Positions 55,068-62,375 of a stretch of DNA of 64,000 bases are shown here, in pieces; positions within the stretch are counted from its first letter, which is position 1; each line of letters starts with the position of its first letter. Position numbers and translations under genes: made by a program. Source of the DNA: Alkalispirochaeta sp. (GTDB lineage: Bacteria > Spirochaetota > Spirochaetia > DSM-27196 > Alkalispirochaetaceae). The notes under the pieces are model-generated. The model was not told where the DNA came from, did no database searches, and saw nothing but the letters and a program-made list of their open reading frames with translations. The DNA lies in the NCBI GenBank assembly GCA_965601925.1, contig OZ271854.1, positions 3,648,001-3,712,000 of the forward strand, in the 5' to 3' direction.

Positions 55068-55387
55068 CCGACACCCAACTCCTACTCCTACCCATCCAGC
55101 CGGTACCGAAGCGCCCCACGATCGCCGAGAGCTTCCAGGAGTTCCACACGCTGAACCCGCATGTCTACGACATCCTCCGCCGCGAAGCGCTCCTCGTTAA
55201 GGGTGCTGGGAAGCGAGTCAGCATGAAAGGGTTGTTCGAGCACTTGAGGTGGGAATACATGGTCCACACCAACCACCAGGACTACAAACTCAACAACAAC
55301 TACACGGCCCACTACGCCCGGATGCTCATGGAGCGCGAGCCAGAGCTTGCCGGATTCTTCGAGACGCGGAGGCGACACGATGGATAA
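55064..55387 (+). CDS. Conserved phage hypothetical protein
   Basis: FHTLNPHVY, HLRWE, YKLNNNYTAHYAR, FFETR; ATGA coupling. Confidence 0.75.
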   Translation: MTDTQLLLLPIQPVPKRPTIAESFQEFHTLNPHVYDILRREALLVKGAGKRVSMKGLFEHLRWEYMVHTNHQDYKLNNNYTAHYARMLMEREPELAGFFETRRRHDG

Positions 55388-55700
55388 GAAACCCTTCTTC
55401 TCCGAGCCCGGCGCGGATCTACAGTTCCTGAAACTGATGGCCGCCGCCGAGAGACTATCGAAGCTACACGTCCAAACCGAGCTCCTCGAACGGATCGCCG
55501 GCGCACTCGACAACGCGATCATGCGCGCAGAGTCGGATGACCCCACGGTCCGCCAAACCGCCCAGGGGGCCGAGCTTGTCGCGAACGTACTCGACGCAAT
55601 CCATTCCCTGCTCACGGCCCTCTCCGCGTACTCGGATCACTTCGACCGTCACCAAGACGTAGCGCGCATCATGCGAGACATAGGGTGGGGCGATGGGTGA
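55380..55700 (+). CDS. Phage hypothetical protein
   Basis: SD GGAGG; helical composition. Confidence 0.65.
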   Translation: MDKKPFFSEPGADLQFLKLMAAAERLSKLHVQTELLERIAGALDNAIMRAESDDPTVRQTAQGAELVANVLDAIHSLLTALSAYSDHFDRHQDVARIMRDIGWGDG

Positions 55701-57441
55701 TCTAACGCACGTCAGCCTCTTCTCAGGAATCGGCGGCTTCGACCTGGCGGCGGACCGCGCCGGCTTTGAGACGGTCCTCCAGGTCGAACGCGATCCCGAC
55801 ATGCTCAAGGTTCTCGCGTACTACTGGCCGAACGTTCCTCGTATCACCGATATCAGAGAGGTAACCCGTGACTCAGTCGACCGACCAGTTACCGTTGTTT
55901 CCGGCGGATTCCCCTGCCAACCATTCAGTACCGCCGGGAAGCGAAGCGGCACGAGCGATGACCGTTACCTCTGGCCGGAGATGCGTCGCTGCATTGAAGA
56001 ACTCCGGCCCACTTGGGTTCTTGCTGAAAACGTTGCTGGTCTCCTCTCGATGGGCGAGTTGGGCGGGCTCCCTGACCTGGGAGACGAAGGCCGTAGCTCG
56101 TACGGTGACGGAGACGTATACCGCCTATCTGGACGTGGATTACTCGACGTTATCCTGGAAGAGATCGAGTCGCTCGACTACACCGTCACACCGGTGGTTA
56201 TTCCAGCTGCGGCTGTCGGTGCCCACCATCGACGAAACCGAGTCTTCATTGTTGCCTACTCCGAGCGCAACAGAGTACGGAACCAATCAGAGTCCCTCGC
56301 CCGGGGCCTCGGTACGCCCGAGCCTCTCGACGATGGCGCGTCACGATCTACTCCCGACCCCGACCTCCGGGGACGCGAACCGGGGGGAGTACCAGTACGA
56401 CCAACACGACAAGACGAAGCCGAGGCCGTCATTGCTGGGGCGTGCACGGCTGTTGCCGACGATTCGAGCTTCGGACGGCGAACGGGGAGGCCGGGGCGAT
56501 CTCATACAGGCGGTCAGGGGCAACCCGAACCGTCATTACCGATTGCTACCAACGCCGAGGGTGACCACGAACGGAGGGAGTGGCCGTCACCGGGGCGACA
56601 ATCGCGGCCGTCTCGAGGACGAGGTTCACAACCCGGAGCGCCTGCTACCGACGCCGACGGCTCGCGACTGGAGGACGGGGGATCGTCCAGAGAACCGGCG
56701 AGCCCGCATGAAGCAAGGCGGGGAGTGGCACTCGCCGAACCTGAACGATGTCGCCGCACCGGGCGGACGCCTCAACCCGGAATGGGTCGAGTGGCTCATG
56801 GGCTTCCCGATCGGCTGGACGGAACCGATATCCCTCCCACCGCCCACGGAGTCCCCGATCAACGAGCCCGCCTCCGAGGATTAGGAAACGCCGTACACCC
56901 CGACCAAGCCTATCCGTTCTTCGAAGCGATCGCCGCGATCGAGCGCGGATTAGAAACGGCTGCGGCATTAGAAAGGAGCTACACCTATGAGCGAGATAAA
57001 ACGACTCGGCCTCCGAATGATCCTATGGGTTGCTCAAGCAATCCTCCGCAACCAGCTCGACGACGAAGAGCGCGAAGAGCTTGGGTACATCGCGACGAGC
57101 CTGCACGTCGTGAAGGAAGAGCCGGAGTTGTGGGCGCTCGAACCGGAGCCGCCTACGGTCGAGGTAAAGGGGTCTTTCGCGCGTTTGCGATCGCACCCGA
57201 CACCCAAACCCGAAGACAAGGAGGGCGAAGGATGACCGTCTTGCAGATGCGTTTCGTTCAACAAGCCGACGGCATGATGATTCACGTCGAAAACTTGGCC
57301 CGAGAAGACGCTAAGCGCGCGGAGGTTGAGTACGCAAACAGATTCGAGGACATGGTCAAGATCACCGCCAGAGAAATGCACGGCGGCGTTGATCAGGAGT
57401 CGATCCCACAGCGAGACCCCGAGGAGCATGACGATGCTTGA
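55693..57441 (+). CDS. DNA (cytosine-5) methyltransferase, catalytic (alpha) chain with a read-through tail
   Basis: Motif I FSGIGGFD, IV GGFPCQPFS, VI ENV, VIII HRRNRVFIV, X LGNAV; no motif IX in this frame. Confidence 0.9.
   Translation: MGDLTHVSLFSGIGGFDLAADRAGFETVLQVERDPDMLKVLAYYWPNVPRITDIREVTRDSVDRPVTVVSGGFPCQPFSTAGKRSGTSDDRYLWPEMRRCIEELRPTWVLAENVAGLLSMGELGGLPDLGDEGRSSYGDGDVYRLSGRGLLDVILEEIESLDYTVTPVVIPAAAVGAHHRRNRVFIVAYSERNRVRNQSESLARGLGTPEPLDDGASRSTPDPDLRGREPGGVPVRPTRQDEAEAVIAGACTAVADDSSFGRRTGRPGRSHTGGQGQPEPSLPIATNAEGDHERREWPSPGRQSRPSRGRGSQPGAPATDADGSRLEDGGSSREPASPHEARRGVALAEPERCRRTGRTPQPGMGRVAHGLPDRLDGTDIPPTAHGVPDQRARLRGLGNAVHPDQAYPFFEAIAAIERGLETAAALERSYTYERDKTTRPPNDPMGCSSNPPQPARRRRARRAWVHRDEPARREGRAGVVGARTGAAYGRGKGVFRAFAIAPDTQTRRQGGRRMTVLQMRFVQQADGMMIHVENLAREDAKRAEVEYANRFEDMVKITAREMHGGVDQESIPQRDPEEHDDA
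55868..56884 (+). CDS. Nested +1-frame ORF: putative methyltransferase beta chain (TRD-like repeats + motif IX)
   Basis: SD GAGAGGT + GTG; five LLPT(P/I) repeats; RLNPEWVEWLMGFPIGWT. Confidence 0.8.
   Translation: MTQSTDQLPLFPADSPANHSVPPGSEAARAMTVTSGRRCVAALKNSGPLGFLLKTLLVSSRWASWAGSLTWETKAVARTVTETYTAYLDVDYSTLSWKRSSRSTTPSHRWLFQLRLSVPTIDETESSLLPTPSATEYGTNQSPSPGASVRPSLSTMARHDLLPTPTSGDANRGEYQYDQHDKTKPRPSLLGRARLLPTIRASDGERGGRGDLIQAVRGNPNRHYRLLPTPRVTTNGGSGRHRGDNRGRLEDEVHNPERLLPTPTARDWRTGDRPENRRARMKQGGEWHSPNLNDVAAPGGRLNPEWVEWLMGFPIGWTEPISLPPPTESPINEPASED
56987..57235 (+). CDS. Phage hypothetical protein (overlapped by the MTase tail)
   Basis: SD AAGGAG; ATGA coupling to the next gene. Confidence 0.65.
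   Translation: MSEIKRLGLRMILWVAQAILRNQLDDEEREELGYIATSLHVVKEEPELWALEPEPPTVEVKGSFARLRSHPTPKPEDKEGEG
57232..57441 (+). CDS. Phage hypothetical protein, in frame with the MTase ORF
   Basis: Own SD AAGGAGG and ATG at 57232. Confidence 0.6.
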   Translation: MTVLQMRFVQQADGMMIHVENLAREDAKRAEVEYANRFEDMVKITAREMHGGVDQESIPQRDPEEHDDA

Positions 57442-57820
57442 GAAACTCCCATACCCCCTTAGTGAGGGCGTAACCGCCACGCGCGAAGGGCTGGTCGTAG
57501 ATGACGAGCATACGCACTGGTTCGTCGAGCTCTTCTGGTTACTTCCGGACTACGCAACCTTCGGGGCTCCGCTCTACGAGTGGCAGCTCATGGCAGAGCG
57601 TCTACGATGTCCGCTCGACGCTCCTGGCGTGGTTCTTATCGACAACGGCGCGGATCCGCCGCAATGGCATCTCCTTATCGCCAACGAGCGCTTCTTTTCC
57701 TCACATGAGGTCGGCCGCCTCTCGCGTCCCGCTTGCCTGCTGTTCAACGGCCCCGACGGCTTTCGCGTCATCCACTGGTGTATCACGGAGTTAGGAGGTG
57801 GGGATGCCAGTCAAACGTAA
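57434..57820 (+). CDS. Phage hypothetical protein
   Basis: SD GAGGAG; protein-like composition. Confidence 0.6.
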   Translation: MLEKLPYPLSEGVTATREGLVVDDEHTHWFVELFWLLPDYATFGAPLYEWQLMAERLRCPLDAPGVVLIDNGADPPQWHLLIANERFFSSHEVGRLSRPACLLFNGPDGFRVIHWCITELGGGDASQT

Positions 57821-58022
57821 CGACCGTCCATGGTTCGAGATCAAATCATCGGTCTCGAACCCATCGGTCCCCGGCGGATTCTGCCGGGCCGAGGTCAAGA
57901 TTAACGTCGGACTGCTGCCCGAGGACGTCTACCAACTCGTGGAACTGCTTCATCGGACAACCACCGAGTTCTCCGAACGTATCGCAAAGCGCTCGATCGA
58001 GAGTAAGGAGGCCGACTCATGA
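57804..58022 (+). CDS. Phage hypothetical protein
   Basis: SD AGGAGG. Confidence 0.6.
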   Translation: MPVKRNDRPWFEIKSSVSNPSVPGGFCRAEVKINVGLLPEDVYQLVELLHRTTTEFSERIAKRSIESKEADS

Positions 58023-58285
58023 CCCCCGCCACCACCATCCAGTCCGGTGCGATCGTTCACGCCCGCACCGGCCCGCGCACGTGTCCATTCTGCGGCAACA
58101 ACCAAACGAGCGGCTTCACGATCGAGCCATCCGAACACCGCCTCACCGCTGAGTACGTCATGTACGCCTACCAGGTCGCCCATTCCTGCGGCGCTCGCGG
58201 TCCGATAGCAGGCAGTCCCCGAGAGGCTCGCCGTCTCTGGGACGCACACACCACCAACCACGGAGGAGAGCATGGAACGAGTTAA
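58019..58285 (+). CDS. Lar-family restriction alleviation-like protein
   Basis: CPFCG...CGARGP...EARRLW. Confidence 0.7.
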   Translation: MTPATTIQSGAIVHARTGPRTCPFCGNNQTSGFTIEPSEHRLTAEYVMYAYQVAHSCGARGPIAGSPREARRLWDAHTTNHGGEHGTS

Positions 58286-58520
58286 CGCATACATGTCACT
58301 AAACGGACGGAGATACGACACGGTAACTGATGCGCTCGCCGCTGATCGCTCTCACATAGCCGATGAGTTGACGGAAAACCTACGGAAGGTGTTTGGCTCA
58401 CAGGAGACCATCGACGTTCACGATATCGTCCGGGAGCGCGAGGAAGTCGCGCGCCTTATCGCGGAAGCGAGCGAAGCGTTTGCCGAGCTCAGGGATCAAG
58501 CGGTGGCGCTCTGTGGCTGA
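58272..58520 (+). CDS. Phage hypothetical protein
   Basis: SD GGAGGAG. Confidence 0.65.
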   Translation: MERVNAYMSLNGRRYDTVTDALAADRSHIADELTENLRKVFGSQETIDVHDIVREREEVARLIAEASEAFAELRDQAVALCG

Positions 58521-58878
58521 CCAACGACAGAAACGGCGCGGCCCGAATCTCCCGACGATGGACGACATCGAACGCCGGATTCTCGAAGAGTACGCACACG
58601 CCAAGGGGTTCCGATCCCTCGGCGCCTTCGCGCTCTGGGCAATGACCCAAGCAATGCAACGCTCAAAAGTCGGCGATCTCCACAACGAGCTCGAAGCCCA
58701 CCGACGAGCGGAGAACGCCCAGAAGCCGCCCGCCGGTACGCAGGGTTCCAAGGACCACAAGACGGCGTCGAAGGCCATGAGAGGGCTACGCATTAATGCG
58801 CGGGCATACTGCGGGCACCTTCGAGGTCGTTGTGAAGAGCGACCGAACGATTCACGGCTTTTCACGGTTTCTCATTAA
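58513..58878 (+). CDS. Possible ribbon-helix-helix DNA-binding protein
   Basis: ERRILEEYAHAKGFRSLGAFALWAM; GTG start inferred. Confidence 0.5.
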   Translation: MADQRQKRRGPNLPTMDDIERRILEEYAHAKGFRSLGAFALWAMTQAMQRSKVGDLHNELEAHRRAENAQKPPAGTQGSKDHKTASKAMRGLRINARAYCGHLRGRCEERPNDSRLFTVSH

Positions 58879-59074
58879 GGAATCACACCCACGCCTCGCC
58901 AACGGGAGGCACGCATCCCACTACTACTACCGGATCCCTCGGGATCACGTAGAGCGGGCGCGACAGGCCGGGGCGCGGGTTGTCGGTGACGGAGCGAATG
59001 AGATCGGCACCGCCGACGCAGCCGGAACCGGGGGCAGATCCCGGACACCGACCGACGAGAGGAGGCGAGTATGA
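58796..59074 (+). CDS. Phage hypothetical protein
   Basis: Stop is coupled to the next ATG; start uncertain. Confidence 0.4.
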   Translation: MRGHTAGTFEVVVKSDRTIHGFSRFLIKESHPRLANGRHASHYYYRIPRDHVERARQAGARVVGDGANEIGTADAAGTGGRSRTPTDERRRV

Positions 59075-59319
59075 AACTCGACGCGGCAAACGCCCAAACC
59101 ATCCTACGGAGCGCCGTCGACTGGCGCCGGCGCCAACACATCGGCTCCGCCCGCCAATCGGCGGACCAGAAACGCACCGAGGCCGAGCTCGGCAACCTAC
59201 TCTGGATCATCCGACAACTCGGCGTCGACGTCCCCACCCACGAGCAGATCAAGCCCTTGCTCATAACCCGCGAGGGGGGGGTAATCGACCTCCCTCAACC
59301 GGCCCCATGTCCATCATGA
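59071..59319 (+). CDS. Phage hypothetical protein
   Basis: SD GAGGAGG. Confidence 0.65.
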   Translation: MKLDAANAQTILRSAVDWRRRQHIGSARQSADQKRTEAELGNLLWIIRQLGVDVPTHEQIKPLLITREGGVIDLPQPAPCPS

Positions 59320-59475
59320 AGCAACGCCGACCCCGGGCGGCAGTATCCCGGGAGATCACCGCGGCGGACGCCGGACAGGAGGCAGCGTAGGGCTACAGAC
59401 ATAGCGCTTGAAGGCGCGCACATAAGTTCGTGACCGCCGGGGATACCACCCGGCGGGGTTTTGTAAGGAGAGGCT

Positions 59476-59739
59476 ATGAAAGAGTTCGATTTCGAATGTG
59501 GCGCAACGGTCCGAGACAAGATCACTGGGTTTTCAGGCGTCATCCGCGCCCGCACTCAGTACCTGACGGGGTGTAACAAGTACGCCGTCCAGGCAACCGA
59601 CATTCGCGAAGGCAAACCCGAGGAGTGGGTGTGGTTCGACGAGGGTGAGCTCGAGGTGTTCGGCAAGCCCGTGACGCTCGAGGTGAGCCGCGAGCGACGG
59701 GGCGGGCCGGTGGAAGCAGGGAAGCTGCCGCCGAGGTAG
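59476..59739 (+). CDS. Conserved phage hypothetical protein (small beta-barrel-like)
   Basis: VRDKITGFSGV...YLTGC...WFDE; SD AAGGAG. Confidence 0.75.
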   Translation: MKEFDFECGATVRDKITGFSGVIRARTQYLTGCNKYAVQATDIREGKPEEWVWFDEGELEVFGKPVTLEVSRERRGGPVEAGKLPPR

Positions 59740-59747
59740 CGGCACGC

Positions 59748-59886
59748 GGCATCGTAGCTCAGTTGGTAGAGCGGCGTTGTATCCGGCGCGGCGAGGTGCT
59801 GCGGACTCACACAGTCCGTGAAAAGTGCATCCAACCGAGTTCACTGGCGAGTGTTCCGGGCGCGGGTTCGAGTCCCGCCGATGCCA
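59748..59886 (+). ncRNA. tRNA-like RNA with a ~66-nt structured insertion
   Basis: GGCATCG/CGATGCC-A acceptor, TAGCTCAGTTGGTAGAGC D-arm, GCGGG-TTCGAGT-CCCGC T-arm; 88 nt between position 26 and the T arm. Confidence 0.75.
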
Positions 59887-59925
59887 TCGCGTGTAACGCG
59901 ACGTCCGCCGGGGCGTGAGAATACG

Positions 59926-59998
59926 GGTGAGTGGTGTAGGTAACGAGTAGGTTTTGGCATTTTCCCTACAGATGGCCGTTCGATTCGGTCAGCCACCA
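59926..59998 (+). ncRNA. Degenerate tRNA-like element
   Basis: GGCCG-TTCGATT-CGGTC T-arm; GTAGG/CCTAC stem with a 13-nt loop; weak acceptor and D arm. Confidence 0.5.
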
Positions 59999-60051
59999 GA
60001 AGTCAAGAAGCCGCCCACAGGGCGAAATCACGACTGAGAGGGGAGTCGTCT

Positions 60052-61071
60052 ATGGCGGGTACACACACGGTCCGTATGGACCACGACCAAGACATCATCT
60101 TCAAGAGCGTTGGGCTCTACAAAATGTTCATGGCGGCCGGGGCCGCTGGGCAGGAGGCGAACCTCCTCTACGACCATCTCATCTTCACCGCGCGTCTCCA
60201 AACGACCAACCAGGTTCGGGCGACCGACGAGTACCTCCGAAACGGGCTCGGGTGGGGGCTCGCGAAGGTGAAGCGGGCGAAGGCGTTTCTCTCCTCCCGC
60301 GGCCTCATCGAGTACGTGAAGGATCGCCGCGACGACGGCCGAATCCTCAAGAGCTTCATTCGCATTACCGCCGGTCTCCGCCTCCCAGAAACCGCCGTAC
60401 AACCCACAGGGTCAGAAATTGACCCTGTTGCATCCGGCGACGGGATGGAGATCGATCCACCCGCATCAACAGGGTCAAAAACTGACCCTGTTGCACCCAC
60501 AGGGTCAGATATCAACCGGGTTGCTGACCATACGTATGGTCCCAGTAGACAAATGCTTAAAGAGAGAAAGGAAATGCTTGAAGAGAGAAAGAGAAATGGC
60601 CCTGACGGGCATCTCTCCGAGCCTCCGGTCGATGAAACGGCGAACAAGACCGCCGACTCGAATCAGATACAACCCACAGGGTCAGAAATTGACCCTGTTG
60701 TACCCGATACTCGCCGCGACCTTGAGCGTGAGGTCCGGGAGTGGTACGAGAGCCGCCAACCGGGCAAGCGGTTCGAGGATTACCCTGTCGAAATACACCA
60801 CGTCAAACTCATCGTTGACCGCGCCCTCAAGTACGAGCCTGAAAACGCCCGGGCCTGGCTGGATGAGTTCATGGCGACCCACGAGCGTCTGAAGAACAAC
60901 CCCCGCCACCTGCTGCACGACCACCCACTGCTCCCGAGCATGGCCAACTCAGGGCGACTGGTCTTGCGGATTCTCGACGCCATGACTCTCGCGCTGCCCG
61001 CGCCCGACCATACCGGGATTGAGCCTGACATCGCCGATCTCCTCGACCGGACCTACGGCCCCGCCCAATGA
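60052..61071 (+). CDS. Phage replication initiator (lambda O-like organisation)
   Basis: N-terminal wHTH-like region (LGWGLAKVKRAKAFLSSRGLIE), internal iterons, coupled to DnaB. Confidence 0.8.
   Translation: MAGTHTVRMDHDQDIIFKSVGLYKMFMAAGAAGQEANLLYDHLIFTARLQTTNQVRATDEYLRNGLGWGLAKVKRAKAFLSSRGLIEYVKDRRDDGRILKSFIRITAGLRLPETAVQPTGSEIDPVASGDGMEIDPPASTGSKTDPVAPTGSDINRVADHTYGPSRQMLKERKEMLEERKRNGPDGHLSEPPVDETANKTADSNQIQPTGSEIDPVVPDTRRDLEREVREWYESRQPGKRFEDYPVEIHHVKLIVDRALKYEPENARAWLDEFMATHERLKNNPRHLLHDHPLLPSMANSGRLVLRILDAMTLALPAPDHTGIEPDIADLLDRTYGPAQ
60398..60700. repeat. Replication origin: four palindromic iterons and a purine-rich tandem repeat
   Basis: ACAGGGTCA-N5-TGACCCTGT at 60406, 60469, 60676 and a degenerate copy at 60499; AAATGCTTRAAGAGAGAAAG twice at 60551 and 60572. 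Confidence 0.85.
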
Positions 61072-62375
61072 GCGTGCAGCACGAACGGGCATTTGTCGGC
61101 CGCCTCCTGACGTCCGCGAAAACGATGCTCGAAACCTCCCTGGACGATCGGCACTTCGCGGATCCGCTGTGCCGCCTCGTGTTCCAGACCGCCGGCCAGT
61201 GTCTCCAAGACGGCATCGAACCGACGATCGTCACCGTCTGCGACCCGTCCCGGCGGGTTCTCAACAATCGTGAGGGCGAGGTAGCGGAGCTCACCACCGA
61301 GGCACATGTCGGCCGTATCGACTGGATCGAGGCGCAACTCGTCACCGCGTACGAATCGCGAGTACTCCAGCAGCTTGGTCGCACACTCCTTGATCTCGCC
61401 GACGACCCCGCAGCCGCGATCGCCGCAGTGGACGAGAGCATGGAAGCTCTCGCGACGGCCGACACGACGAATCGCGTATGGAGCGCGCGAGAACTGGTCC
61501 GGCCCACCATCGAGACGATCGAAGAGCGCTACCACGCAAAGGGCGAGCTTCCGGGCGTTCCGAGCGGTATTCGCGAGTTGGACGCGATGTCGAACGGTTT
61601 CCAGGACGGCATGTTCTACGTCATCGCCGCACGCCCGTCGGTCGGAAAGTCGGCGCTCCTTAAGCACCTCGCCACGTTCGTTTCGACCAACGGCTCCAAC
61701 TCACCGTATGTCCCCGCCGGGGTGTTCTCGGCGGAGTCCAGCCGACACGAGTTCATGGTGCGCGCATTCGCCGATTTCGCGAGCATCGACAGCATGCGGC
61801 TCTCCAACGGAATGATCGGGCCGAGCGACTTCGGTCGGCTCACGCAGGCCGGAGAGAAGCTGTACGAATCCAAGCTCTACATCTACGACGAGCCGAATAT
61901 GGGCATCGCTCGCCTCACATCGCTCGCCCGCCTTATGAAGCGCAAGCACGGCATTCGCATCCTGTTCGTGGACTACGTGCAGATCATCGACGCGGCGGCG
62001 AACGACCGAACGCGCACCGAGCAGGTGTCGCTGGTAAGCCGCGCGCTCAAGAAGCTGGCGCGATCGCTGGAGATACCGGTGGTCGCGGTGGCACAGGCGG
62101 GCCGCGAGTCGGAGAAGGAACACCGGTGGCCACGACAGAGCGACGTACAACACGCGTCGCAGATCGAGCAGGATGTCGACGGGCTGATGTTCATACACCC
62201 GGAGAACGAGCGGGACGGGCGGCTGAAGCAGCTGTGGCTCGTGGTGTTGAAGATGCGCGATGGAAAGACCGGGAGCATACCGATTCACTTTGAGAAACGA
62301 TTCCTGCGGTTTACCGATCGTGCGCCGGAACGGTGGGATGACAACGTCCGGGGCCAAGGAGTGAACGCGTCATGA
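61068..62375 (+). CDS. dnaB: Replicative DNA helicase (phage DnaB-like)
   Basis: AARPSVGKS, FVDYVQ, SRALKKLARSL, IEQDVD, KMRDG. Confidence 0.92.
   Translation: MSVQHERAFVGRLLTSAKTMLETSLDDRHFADPLCRLVFQTAGQCLQDGIEPTIVTVCDPSRRVLNNREGEVAELTTEAHVGRIDWIEAQLVTAYESRVLQQLGRTLLDLADDPAAAIAAVDESMEALATADTTNRVWSARELVRPTIETIEERYHAKGELPGVPSGIRELDAMSNGFQDGMFYVIAARPSVGKSALLKHLATFVSTNGSNSPYVPAGVFSAESSRHEFMVRAFADFASIDSMRLSNGMIGPSDFGRLTQAGEKLYESKLYIYDEPNMGIARLTSLARLMKRKHGIRILFVDYVQIIDAAANDRTRTEQVSLVSRALKKLARSLEIPVVAVAQAGRESEKEHRWPRQSDVQHASQIEQDVDGLMFIHPENERDGRLKQLWLVVLKMRDGKTGSIPIHFEKRFLRFTDRAPERWDDNVRGQGVNAS

Noticed and set aside
59790..59830. Hairpin followed by GAAA inside the tRNA-like insert, considered as a hammerhead ribozyme
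   Set aside because: There is no CUGANGA core upstream of the stem.
59748..59886. Interpretation as tmRNA, tRNA-Sec or a group I intron-containing tRNA
   Set aside because: It has no G3-U70 pair or tag ORF, no UCA anticodon, and the insert is far too short for a group I intron.
60398..60700. Palindromic repeats considered as a CRISPR array
   Set aside because: Spacing is irregular, the repeats are inside a coding gene and no cas genes are present; they fit iterons.
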